Counted from the first letter of the stretch, positions 47,780 through 56,838 are shown. The stretch: 64,000 nt of DNA from Candidatus Latescibacterota bacterium (GCA_964291625.2 OZ220089.1:260542-324541); one strand, 5' to 3'. Made by a program: numbers and translations. The notes: a model not told the origin generated them from the sequence alone.

Positions 47780-49309
47780 TCAGAACGGCGTCCAGTTGGG
47801 GTCCATGTCATCGTGGGGATCGTCGGTGACCCGCTCCTCGGCACCGCCCTCGACATCGACGATGTAGATGTCGTAGCGGATATCCTGCTCCGACTGCCGC
47901 GCGAAGGCGATCCGGGTGCCGTCGGGGGACCACGTCGGGTTGCTGTCCCAGGTCTCGGCGAAGGTCAGCTGCCGGGCGCCGCTGCCGTCGGCGCCCATGA
48001 CCCAGACGTGGCTGAAGTCCCTGGCCGTGTCCGCCTTGGTGTAGGCGATCCGTTCACCGTCCGGCGACCACGTCGGGCGCGTCCCCCCGAGGCCAGCCTG
48101 CGAGATGAGATGCAGGGATCCGCTGCCGAGCTCGAGGAGGTGGATTCCCCAGTCGGTCCCCATGGCGGAGACGCAGGCGATGGACGCGCCGTCGGGCGAC
48201 CACGCCGGCGAGCCGGCCCAGGGGGCCAGGGGTTCGTACGTGAGCTGCTCCACGCCGCTGCCGTCGGCGTTCATGACGAAGATGTGGGGCACCCCGCCGT
48301 CGCGTTCCGACACGAAGGCGATGCGCCGCCCGTCGGGCGACCAGGCGGGACCCGAGTCGAACGCGTCGTGGCGGGTGAGGTTCACCGGATCGCCTCCGTC
48401 CGCGTCCATGACATAGATCTCCATGTCGCCGTCCCGGAAGGAGGCGAAGACCACCCTCGTCCCGTCGGGCGACCGGGCCGGCTCCTCGCTGGTCCGCGAG
48501 GCGTAGTGCCGTTCCAGCGAGTCGGGAACCGAGCCGTTGGAAAAGGGGACGGCGGCCAGGACCGAGCACAGGTTCACGACCTCGCCGGTCTCCAGGTCCA
48601 GGGAATGCACCTCGCGGCTGGACAGGTAGCCGCCCTCGAGCCGCCGATTCGAGGAGAACAGGAGCACCGAGGCGCCCAGGGGAGGGGCCGGACCCTCCGG
48701 CGGGATCACCTCCACGCTGTCCTCCGCCTCCGGCACGGCGACCTCCACGGTCACGCCGCGCTCGCGGAAGGCGGCGGCCTGGGCCTGGGCCGCCTCGCTC
48801 AGCGGGTTGCCGGTGAGATCGACGCTCTGCAGGCTGTCCAGACCCGCCAGGGCCGACACCTCCGTCACCTCGTTGTCGGCCAGGAGCAGCACCTGCAGGC
48901 TCCTCAGCGACTCCAGGGGCGTGACCTCCTCGACCCGGTTGCTCCCCAGGTCGAGGTAGCGCAGCCGCGTCAGCCCCGACAGCGGCGACAGATCGCGGAT
49001 CTCGTTGCCGTACAGGTCCAGGGCCTCCAGTCGCGTCAGCTGCTCGATGCCGCCCAGGTCGGCGATCCCCCGCTCCTTGGCGGTCAGGGAGACCAGCCCG
49101 GCCGCGTCACCCGTCCCGGCCCCGACGGCGGCCTCCTCCACCGCCGCCTGCAGCGCCGAGTCCGCGAAGACCAGGGCGACGCCCGTGCCGCCCCCGGGGT
49201 CGGGGTCGGGCCCGATGGGGCCGTCCGGGTCCGAGCCGCAGCCGGCCAGGGCCAGGGCGGCCGCCAGGGCCGTGAGCTTCCGGGTCATCGTCGAGTGCGC
49301 TCCCGACAT
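47780..49309 (-). CDS. LRR + PD40 beta-propeller lipoprotein (array copy 2, 509 aa)
   Basis: ATG at 49309 within ORF 47780..49342 (MSGAHSTMTRKLTALAAALALAGCGS). Pro-rich linker, 5-6 LRRs, then PD40 repeats. Ends DDPHDDMDPNWTPF. Confidence 0.85.
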   Translation of the reverse strand: MSGAHSTMTRKLTALAAALALAGCGSDPDGPIGPDPDPGGGTGVALVFADSALQAAVEEAAVGAGTGDAAGLVSLTAKERGIADLGGIEQLTRLEALDLYGNEIRDLSPLSGLTRLRYLDLGSNRVEEVTPLESLRSLQVLLLADNEVTEVSALAGLDSLQSVDLTGNPLSEAAQAQAAAFRERGVTVEVAVPEAEDSVEVIPPEGPAPPLGASVLLFSSNRRLEGGYLSSREVHSLDLETGEVVNLCSVLAAVPFSNGSVPDSLERHYASRTSEEPARSPDGTRVVFASFRDGDMEIYVMDADGGDPVNLTRHDAFDSGPAWSPDGRRIAFVSERDGGVPHIFVMNADGSGVEQLTYEPLAPWAGSPAWSPDGASIACVSAMGTDWGIHLLELGSGSLHLISQAGLGGTRPTWSPDGERIAYTKADTARDFSHVWVMGADGSGARQLTFAETWDSNPTWSPDGTRIAFARQSEQDIRYDIYIVDVEGGAEERVTDDPHDDMDPNWTPF

Positions 49310-49310
49310 C

Positions 49311-50840
49311 TCAGAACGGCGTCCAGTTGGGGTGCATGTCATCGTGCGGATCGTCGGTCACCCGCTCCACGTCGCCGCCCTCCGCGGGGACGATGTAGAT
49401 GTCGTAGCGGGTCTCCTGCTCCGTCTGCCGCGCGAAGGCGATGCGGCGGCCGTCGGGGGACCACGTGGGGGTCCGGTCCCAGACCTCGGCAGAGGTCAGC
49501 TGCCTGGCGCCGCCGCCGTCGGCATCCATGACCCAGATGTGGCTGGAGTCGGTGGTCGTGTCGACGACGGTAAAGGCGATCCGGGCGCCGTCGGGCGACC
49601 ACGACGACTCCCCGCCCTCCGGGGAGAGAAGGCGCATCACTCCGCTGGCCAAGTCCAGCACGTAGATCCCTTGCACGCCTCCCTGGGACGAGAGACAGGC
49701 GATCGACGAGCCGTCGGGGGACCACGCGGGCCAGAAAACCCACGAGGCCTGGGGCTCGTCGGTGAGCTGCTCCACCCCGCCGCCGTCGGCGTCCATGACG
49801 AAGAGCTGGCCCAGCCGTCCTCCGTCGTTGCGGTTCGACACGAAGGCGATGCGCCCTCCGTCGGGCGACCAGGCCGGATACTGGTCATTCGCCGGGTGGC
49901 GCGTCAGGTTCACCGGGTCGCCGGCGGCGGCGTCCTGGACGTAGATCTCCTGGTCCCTGTCCCGGCGCGAGGTGAAGGCCACCCGGGTGCCGTCCGGCGA
50001 CCGGGCCGGTTCCTCGCTGCTTCGCGGGTGGTAGGCGGTCAGGGAGTCGGGCACGGTGCCGTCGGCCAGGGGGAGAACGGCCAGGGCCGGGGACAGGTTG
50101 ACCACCTCGCCGGTCTCCAGGTCCAGGGAGTGGACCTCGAGGCCGGAAAGGTAGGAACCCTTCGTGCGCCGGTTGGAGGAGAACAACAACTGCGAACCGC
50201 GCAGAGCACGGCCAGGCTCCCCGGGTGGTTCCTCGGGCGGGACCACCTCGACGCTGTCCTCCGGCTCCGGCTCCGGCGCGGTCAGCTCCACGGTCACGCC
50301 GCGCTCGCGCAGGGCGGCGGCCTGGACCCGGGCCGCCTCGCTCAGCGGGTTGCCCGTGAGATCCAGGCTCTGGAGGCTGTCCAGACCGGCGAGGGCGGAG
50401 ATCTCCGTCACCCCGTTGTCGGCCAGCAGCAGCACCCGCAGGCCCTTCAGCGACTCCAGGGGCGAGACCTCCTCGACCCGGTTGCTCCCCAGGTCGAGGT
50501 AGCGCAGCCGCGTCAGCCCCGACAGCGGCGACAGGTCGCGGATCTCGTTGCCGTACAGGTCCAGGGCCTCCAGCCGGGTCAGCTGCTCGATGCCGTCCAG
50601 GTTCGCGATCCCCCGCTCCTTGGCCGTCAGGGTGACCAGCCCGGCCGCGTCGATGGTCCCGGCCGCGACCTCGGCTTCGTCCACGGCCGCCTGCAGCGCC
50701 GAGTCCGCGAAGACCAGGGCGGCGCCCGCGCCACTCCCCGGGTCGGGATCGGGCCCGATGGGCGGGTCCGGCTCCGAGCCGCAGCCGGCCAGGGCGCACA
50801 GGACCAGGGCTCGCGTTGATGCCGCCGTCATGGACCTCAT
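49311..50840 (-). CDS. LRR + PD40 beta-propeller lipoprotein (array copy 3, 509 aa)
   Basis: Last 509 codons of ORF 49311..56636, ATG at 50840 (MRSMTAASTRALVLCALAGCGS). Same architecture as copy 2. Ends DDPHDDMHPNWTPF. Confidence 0.85.
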   Translation of the reverse strand: MRSMTAASTRALVLCALAGCGSEPDPPIGPDPDPGSGAGAALVFADSALQAAVDEAEVAAGTIDAAGLVTLTAKERGIANLDGIEQLTRLEALDLYGNEIRDLSPLSGLTRLRYLDLGSNRVEEVSPLESLKGLRVLLLADNGVTEISALAGLDSLQSLDLTGNPLSEAARVQAAALRERGVTVELTAPEPEPEDSVEVVPPEEPPGEPGRALRGSQLLFSSNRRTKGSYLSGLEVHSLDLETGEVVNLSPALAVLPLADGTVPDSLTAYHPRSSEEPARSPDGTRVAFTSRRDRDQEIYVQDAAAGDPVNLTRHPANDQYPAWSPDGGRIAFVSNRNDGGRLGQLFVMDADGGGVEQLTDEPQASWVFWPAWSPDGSSIACLSSQGGVQGIYVLDLASGVMRLLSPEGGESSWSPDGARIAFTVVDTTTDSSHIWVMDADGGGARQLTSAEVWDRTPTWSPDGRRIAFARQTEQETRYDIYIVPAEGGDVERVTDDPHDDMHPNWTPF

Positions 50841-52373
50841 CAGAAGGGCGCCCAGCACGGGTCCCTGTCGACGCCCGGATCGTCGGTGAGCTGCTCGCCG
50901 GCGCCCCCCTCCGCGGGGATGACGTAGAGGTCGTAGGCAATCCCTTCCGCCCGGTCCTCCCGCGCCAGGACGATGCGGGCGCCGTCGGGAGACCACCTGG
51001 GGGGGCCGCGCCGGAAGAACCGCCCCACGGTCAGCTGGCGGGCCTCCCCGCCCCGGGCGGGGATCTTCCACACCTGGCTCCTCGAATTCGACGGTCTCCA
51101 CGTAGGCGATCCAGCGGCCGTCCGGGGACCACGATGGCCCCCACGCCAGTCCGTCGTCGTCGGTGAGGAGCCGGGCCTCCCGGCTGGACAGGTCCAGGAC
51201 GAAGATCCCTGAAAAGCCGTGGCCGTCGTACTTGTTGAAGGCGATCGACGAGCCGTCCGGCGACCACGCCGGATGCTCGGCGCTTTGGCTCAGGGGATCT
51301 GAGGTCACCTGCTCCACGCCGCTGCCGGCGGCGTCCATGACGAAGATGTCGGTGTTGTTGCGCCAGGGCCGGATCTCGACGTCGCCGTTGCGGTCGGAGA
51401 CGAAGGCGATGCGCTCCCCGTCGGGCGACCAGGCGGGATTCGCGTCATAGGCCTGGTGAAGGGTGAGGTTCTCCGGCCGGCCGCCGTCGGCGTCCATGGC
51501 GTAGATCTCGTAGTTGCCGAAGTCCCGATACGAGGTGAAGGCGATCCTTCTCCCGTCGGGGGACTGGGCCGGCTCCACCCCGTGGCGCGGCGGCGGCCGC
51601 CCGCTGGAATCGTCCCCGGACAGGGGCGCCTCGGCCAGGGCTTCCGCCAAGTTGACGACCTCGCCAGTCCCCGAGTCCAGGGAATGCACCTCGAGGTCCC
51701 AGTCGTCCCCGGTCCGGCGGCTCGAGACGAAGACGATCGGCAGCTCCCCCAGGACGACCCCGCCCCCGCCCGGATCCTCCGGCTCCTCGGGCTCCGTGAT
51801 GTCCACGGTCACGCCCCGTTCCCGCAGCGCCGGCACCTGGGCGTCGACGGCGTCCCCGGTCAACGGGTTGCCCGTGAGGTCGACGCTGTTCAGGCTGTCG
51901 AGACCCGCCAGGGCGGAGATCTCCCTCACCTCGTTGTCGGCCAGCACCAGCACCTGAAGGCTCTTCAGCGACGCCAGGGGGGTCACCTCCTCCACCCGGT
52001 TGTTCCCGAGGTCGAGGTAGCGCAACCGTTTGAGCCCCGCCAGCGGCGACAGGTCCAGGATCTCGTTGCCGTACAGGTCCAGGGCCTCCAGTCGCTCCAG
52101 CTGCCCGATGGCGCCCAGGTCGGCGATACCCCGCTCCCTGGCGTTCAGGGAGACCAGCTCCTCCGCGCTTCCGGCAGCGGCCGCCGCGGCCTCTTCCACC
52201 GCCGCCTGCAGGGCCGAGTCGGCGAATACCAGGGCGACGCCGGTGGGGCCGACGGGATCGGGACCGGGACCGACGGCCGGGTCCGGCTCCGAGCCGCAGC
52301 CGGCCAGGACCCAGACGCAGACCGCCATCCGGGGGGTGGTCTCCACGATCCTCCGCAAGGTCGGAAAGTCCAT
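50840..52373 (-). pseudogene. LRR + PD40 lipoprotein (array copy 4, most divergent) interrupted by a frameshift near 51065-51085
   Basis: The frame of ORF 49311..56636 encodes MDFPTLRRIVETTPRMAVCVWVLAGCGS..., the LRRs and the PD40 repeats up to ...RWIAYVETVEFEEPG, then junk. The last propeller blade and conserved C-terminus (VWKIPARGGEARQLT...RWSPDGARIVLA...DDPGVDRDPCWAPF) are in ORF 50840..51073. The 1534-nt span is not a multiple of 3. An alternative ATG lies at 52328. Confidence 0.6.
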
Positions 52374-52408
52374 GATTATTAAGGGGTTATGGACAATTGT
52401 GGACTTAG

Positions 52409-54496
52409 TCAAGCGTCTTCGCAGCAGAAGACGCCCACGGACCAGGGCTCGATCCGAACCTCGAAGGCCCCATCCTCGACCGCCACTTCGCCGCCCGTGA
52501 GCAGGTCCTCCGCGCTCCGGATTGGCCCGGGGCGCAACCTCGCCTTTGCGGAGGACCGCTCGAGGTTGAAGGCGAAGACCAGCCGCCCGCCGCGCCGGGA
52601 CCTGCGGAGGGTGGTGACCAGGGGGTCGCCGGCCACCGCCACGGGCGGCTCGATGCCGGCCTCCTCCACGAGGCCGAGGACCAGCGGCGGATGGCCGACA
52701 TCCCCGAATCCCGCCGACAGGGTCAGGCCGTACCAGGTGAAGCGTCCGTCGCCGCTGCGCACGGCCACCACCTGGCTGCCGAGCCGGGCGATCGCGGTGG
52801 TGTCCCCTTGCGGCTCGAGCACGGCGTACCCGCAGGGGGACGAGACGGCCACCGACCCGTACGGTGTCCGCAACCGGTTCTCCCCTCTCCGGATGTCGTG
52901 GGGCGTCACCGCCGAGAAGTCCTCCACGCGGACGCCGAAGCGCTCGGCGAAACCCTCGGGAGGGGCCTCGCTCGACAGGCCGTCGGCCTGGTAGAGTCCG
53001 AAGCTGCCCTCGGCGACCAGCCGTGTCCCAGGACTCTCCTCCAGGGTCCGATGGATGCGGTCCCGTGCCTCTGCGCCCATGAGGGCGAGGTTGGGCAGGA
53101 AGAGGAGGCGGTAGCCCGACCAGTCCATGCGCGGCGACAGGATGTCGGCGGGGATGCCGTGACGCCAGAGGGTCCGGTAGACCCCCCGGAGATCGGCGTT
53201 GAAGCGCTCGGTCTCGCCGTTGAGGCCGAAGAGCTCCTGGGACTCCGGGTGGTAGACGATGCCCACCTCCGCCCGGGGGCACCCGAGGGGCAGGTGGTCC
53301 TTCATCCTCTCGATGCCGTCCACGGCGGCGGCCACCGCTCGCAGACGCGCCGTGGGCCGTCCGTCGAGGGCGGCGAGGTTGTACCCGGGGGACTCGAAGC
53401 TGAGGTACTCGGGGCGGTACTGCCAGAACATGCATCCCGCGGCGCCGCCGGCGAGGGTCATCCACAACAGGGTGGTCAACTCGCGCGGATCGGACTGCTT
53501 CTTCCAGGTCACCCCGCCGCGAGACATGCCGGCGTAGATCTCCTCGTTCCACCAGCGGCCGTTCACGCCCTGGCTGCGCGAGAGATCGAAGCTGAAGGCC
53601 CGATCGGCGAGCGGGTACGGGTCCTCCGAGGTGAGCAGGTTGTTCGAGGACATGGACATGCCCCAGCTGTCCACGTGTCGGGCGCACTCGTCGTCCCAGG
53701 GGCGCGGCGTGGAGGCGGCGTGGGCCCGGAGCTCGTGGAGGGGGTCGATCCTCCGGGCCTCGGCCACCATCCATCGCAGGTGGTCCACGAGGTTCAGGCG
53801 GTGGAAGCGCAGGTAGAGCAGCATCTCCACCACGTTGTGGTTCGACCGCGGCGGCTCCACGTCCTCCCAGTCCCGGTAGCGGCGCAGGAGCCGGACGTTC
53901 AGTTCCTCGAGGGTGAAGCGCTCGCGCAGCCAGGCCTTGTAACGAGCCCGGGTATGGCCGCAGTAGCAGGGCAGGCCGTCCCCGTGACGGGGCCAGGACG
54001 GGCTCACGCCGTCCCAGAGCCCCCACACCAGAAGGTTGGGCCGGTCCTTGTAGCGGGCGACCACGTGCCGAAGGAGAGCTCCGCCGCGCTCGCGCCAGGC
54101 CGGGTGGTCGCAGCAGTGGACCATCGCCCCCTGGGGTGTGGCGGGGCTCGCGTCTCCCAGGCTCGGCTCGCCCCGGTGGCTGACGGTCCTCATGTCCGGG
54201 TGCTCCCGGAGCAGCCACTCGGGACAGGCGCCGTGAGTGGCGAGAGTGATGTCCATCCACACCCAGAGACCGTGCTTCGCCGCCAGATCGAAGAGCCGGT
54301 CGAAGTCGTCGAGCTGGTAGACGCCCGGAGCCGGCTCCATCCAGTTCCAGTAGCTGAAGCTGCGCACGACCCGGAGACCGGCCTGCCGGATCCGCGCGAA
54401 ATCCCCGTCCCACAGACCGGTCCCCGGGACCGGCGCACGGTAGTACTCCACTCCCACGGGGAAGGGTGTGTCCGGATGGAGCCTGAATGCGGGCAT
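52409..54496 (-). CDS. glycoside hydrolase family 42-like (beta-galactosidase-type) protein
   Basis: ORF 52409..54496. N-terminal GH42 TIM-barrel pattern (GVEYYRAPVP...WDGDFARIRQAGLRVVR..YWNWMEPAPGVYQLDDFDRLFDLAAKHGLWVWMDI...CPEWL). Central trimerisation-domain pattern (YRLLFLPNLALMGAEARDRIHRTLEE). No signal peptide. Confidence 0.8.
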   Translation of the reverse strand: MPAFRLHPDTPFPVGVEYYRAPVPGTGLWDGDFARIRQAGLRVVRSFSYWNWMEPAPGVYQLDDFDRLFDLAAKHGLWVWMDITLATHGACPEWLLREHPDMRTVSHRGEPSLGDASPATPQGAMVHCCDHPAWRERGGALLRHVVARYKDRPNLLVWGLWDGVSPSWPRHGDGLPCYCGHTRARYKAWLRERFTLEELNVRLLRRYRDWEDVEPPRSNHNVVEMLLYLRFHRLNLVDHLRWMVAEARRIDPLHELRAHAASTPRPWDDECARHVDSWGMSMSSNNLLTSEDPYPLADRAFSFDLSRSQGVNGRWWNEEIYAGMSRGGVTWKKQSDPRELTTLLWMTLAGGAAGCMFWQYRPEYLSFESPGYNLAALDGRPTARLRAVAAAVDGIERMKDHLPLGCPRAEVGIVYHPESQELFGLNGETERFNADLRGVYRTLWRHGIPADILSPRMDWSGYRLLFLPNLALMGAEARDRIHRTLEESPGTRLVAEGSFGLYQADGLSSEAPPEGFAERFGVRVEDFSAVTPHDIRRGENRLRTPYGSVAVSSPCGYAVLEPQGDTTAIARLGSQVVAVRSGDGRFTWYGLTLSAGFGDVGHPPLVLGLVEEAGIEPPVAVAGDPLVTTLRRSRRGGRLVFAFNLERSSAKARLRPGPIRSAEDLLTGGEVAVEDGAFEVRIEPWSVGVFCCEDA

Positions 54497-54557
54497 TGAG
54501 GAAACCTCCCGGCGCCACTAAGCTCTTTCGCCCACCTTGGAGAAACGCGGCTCGTCG

Positions 54558-56384
54558 ATGAACATCCTGGGGATCTCCGCCTACTACCACGACAGCGCCG
54601 CCTGCCTCGTGCGGGACGGCGAGATCGTGGCCGCGGCCCAGGAGGAGCGCTTCACCCGCAGGAAGCACGACCACGAGTTCCCGGCCAAGGCCGTCGACTT
54701 CTGCCTCGACTACGGCGGCCTCGATCCCGGAAACCTCGATCTGGTCGCCTTCTACGACAAACCGCTCCTCAAGTTCGACCGCCTCCTCGAGACCTGGATC
54801 AGCTTCGCCCCGAGGGGCTTCAAGCTCTTTCTCATGGGCATGCCCTTGTGGTTGAGGCAGAAGCTGCACACCCCCCGGGAACTCGACCGCGGCCTGCGCG
54901 GCGGCTACGGAGGGCGCTACCTCTTCCCCTCCCACCACGAGTCGCACGCGGCCAGCGCCTTCTACCCCTCCCCCTTCCAGGAGGCCGCCATCGTCACCCT
55001 GGACGGCGTCGGCGAGTGGGCCACGGGAACCATCGCCAGGGGCCGGGACCACGAGATCGAGATGCTCAGGGAGATGCGCTTCCCCCACTCCCTCGGCCTG
55101 CTCTACTCGGCCTTCACCTACTTCACCGGTTTCCGGGTCAACAGCGGCGAGTACAAGCTCATGGGCCTGGCGCCGTACGGCGAGCCCGTCTACCGCGACC
55201 TCATCGTCGAGGAGATGCTCGACATCAAGGAGGACGGCTCCTTCCGCATGGACATGTCCTACTTCGGGTTCTGCCATACCGATGTCATGACCACGCCGAA
55301 GATGGACCGGCTCTTCGGAGGGCCGCCGCGGCAGCCGGAGGGCGAGATCACCCGGCGCGAGATGGACCTGGCCGCCTCGATCCAGGCGGTGACCGAGGAG
55401 ATCGTGCTGAAGATCGCGGGCCACGCCCACGAGCTGACGGGCGCCCGCCACCTGGTGATGGCCGGCGGCGTCGCCCTCAACTGCGTCGCCAACGGCCGCC
55501 TGCTGCGCGAGGGACCCTTCGAGGACCTGTGGGTCCAGCCCGCCGCCGGAGACGCGGGGGGCGCCCTCGGAGCGGCCCTGTTCACCTGGCACCAGCTCCT
55601 GGGCAACCCCCGAAGGGCGGCGCCCCGGGACAGTCAGGGAGGGTCCCTGCTCGGCCCCCGCTTCGACGACGACGAGATCCGCCGGGACCTGGACGCGGCC
55701 GGAGCAGTGTACCGTCGCTGCGAGGAAGAGACCGAGCTGATCGACCGCATCGCGGAGCTGGTGGCGCAGGAGAAGGTGGTGGGGCACTTTGCCGGCCGCG
55801 CCGAGTTCGGTCCGCGGGCCCTCGGCAGCCGCTCCATCCTCGGCGACGCGCGCTCCGCCGAGATGCAGTCGGTGATGAACCTCAAGATCAAGTTCCGCGA
55901 GTCCTTCCGGCCCTTCGCCCCCGCCGTCCTGCGCGAGGACGTGGGCGAGTTCTTCGAGATGCCGCCCGGGTACGACAGTCCCTACATGCTCGTCGTGGCG
56001 CCGGTCCGGGAGGAGCATCGGCTGCCTTCCGGCTCGACTCCCGGGGGGCTGGAACAGCGCCACGAGAGGCGCTCCACGGTCCCGGCCATCACCCACGTCG
56101 ACTACTCCGCCCGCGTGCAGACCGTCGACGCCGGCCACCACCCCCGGTTCCGCAGGATCGTCGAGCGCTTCAAGGAGCGGACGGGAACCCCGGTCCTGAT
56201 CAACACCAGCTTCAACGTCCGCGGCGAGCCGATGGTGAACACCCCCGCCGACGCCTACCGCTGCTTCATGGCCACCGGCATGGACGCCCTGGTGCTGGAG
56301 AGCTGCCTCCTTCTGAAGGAGGACCAGCCCGAGGCCCGGGCCTTCGACGCCTCGGCGTACCTCTCCGAGTTCGCCCTGGACTGA
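54558..56384 (+). CDS. NodU/CmcH-family carbamoyltransferase
   Basis: ATG at 54558 within ORF 54537..56384. Motifs: MNILGISAYYHDSAACLVRDGEIVAAAQEERFTRRKHD, HHESHAASAF, VTLDGVGEW, LMGLAPYGEP, VMAGGVALNCVANG, and the C-terminal NTSFNVRGEPMV. Confidence 0.9.
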   Translation: MNILGISAYYHDSAACLVRDGEIVAAAQEERFTRRKHDHEFPAKAVDFCLDYGGLDPGNLDLVAFYDKPLLKFDRLLETWISFAPRGFKLFLMGMPLWLRQKLHTPRELDRGLRGGYGGRYLFPSHHESHAASAFYPSPFQEAAIVTLDGVGEWATGTIARGRDHEIEMLREMRFPHSLGLLYSAFTYFTGFRVNSGEYKLMGLAPYGEPVYRDLIVEEMLDIKEDGSFRMDMSYFGFCHTDVMTTPKMDRLFGGPPRQPEGEITRREMDLAASIQAVTEEIVLKIAGHAHELTGARHLVMAGGVALNCVANGRLLREGPFEDLWVQPAAGDAGGALGAALFTWHQLLGNPRRAAPRDSQGGSLLGPRFDDDEIRRDLDAAGAVYRRCEEETELIDRIAELVAQEKVVGHFAGRAEFGPRALGSRSILGDARSAEMQSVMNLKIKFRESFRPFAPAVLREDVGEFFEMPPGYDSPYMLVVAPVREEHRLPSGSTPGGLEQRHERRSTVPAITHVDYSARVQTVDAGHHPRFRRIVERFKERTGTPVLINTSFNVRGEPMVNTPADAYRCFMATGMDALVLESCLLLKEDQPEARAFDASAYLSEFALD

Positions 56385-56400
56385 GGGAGACCACTGTCCC

Positions 56401-56838
56401 ATGCTCCGGATCGACCTCCGGCCCGACCGGAAGAAGCTGCGGCACTTCGGCTTCATCGCCCTCGGCGGCTTCGGGGCCCTGGCGGCCATGGCCTGGTTCG
56501 AGCGGCTGGTCTTCGCCTTCGGCCTGGGCGAGGCCCGTCCCATCGCCGCCGGGGTCCTGGCGGGGCTGGGACTCCTGTCGGCCCTTCTCTCCCTCGTCCA
56601 CCCCAGGGCCAACCGTCCCTTGTACGTCGGCCTCACCCTGCTCGCCCTGCCGGTTGGCTACCTGGTCTCCTACCTGACGATGGGCGCCCTGTTCTTCCTC
56701 CTCATCACCCCCCTGGGCCTGCTCTTCCGGATCATCGGGCGCGACCCCCTGCAGCGGCGGTTCCGAAGGGAGGCCGAGTCCTACTGGATCCCCCTGGGGC
56801 CGCGGCCACCCCGGGAGCGCTACTTCCGGCAGTTCTGA
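56401..56838 (+). CDS. SxtJ-family small membrane protein
   Basis: ORF 56401..56838. Three or four TM helices. It occupies the position directly after a NodU-type carbamoyltransferase and ends ...PLQRRFRREAESYW. The family call is from memory of the conserved trio. Confidence 0.65.
   Translation: MLRIDLRPDRKKLRHFGFIALGGFGALAAMAWFERLVFAFGLGEARPIAAGVLAGLGLLSALLSLVHPRANRPLYVGLTLLALPVGYLVSYLTMGALFFLLITPLGLLFRIIGRDPLQRRFRREAESYWIPLGPRPPRERYFRQF

Larger units (their letters stand above)
46274..52373 (-). repeat. tandem array of four ~1.53-kb paralogous gene units (LRR-PD40 lipoproteins), with near-identical ~320-bp LRR-coding blocks
   Basis: Unit boundaries at 46274, 47780, 49311, 50840 and 52373. 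Copies 2 and 3 are each exactly 1530 nt. The blocks at about 47278-47596, 48789-49108 and 50332-50651 align without gaps. By eye I count about 15 mismatches between the first two. Confidence 0.8.

Noticed and set aside
46274-52373. Regular ~1.5-kb repeats that could suggest a CRISPR array, an IS cluster or a satellite
   Set aside because: The period is a full protein-coding unit with a lipobox, LRRs and a propeller. There are no short direct repeats with unique spacers, no terminal inverted repeats and no transposase. It is a paralogous gene array.
53900-54100. Possible loss of the GH42 acid/base NE motif (the region reads NLLVWGLWDGVSPSW where I expected ...NE...)
   Set aside because: I cannot align the catalytic positions reliably by eye. 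WWNEEIY further downstream could supply catalytic Glu residues. The point is left unclaimed pending a profile alignment.
56401-56838. SxtJ-like protein as evidence for a saxitoxin or other toxin biosynthetic cluster
   Set aside because: Only the carbamoyltransferase and the two small membrane proteins are present. No PKS-like SxtA, amidinotransferase or other sxt genes are present. The trio occurs broadly outside toxin producers.
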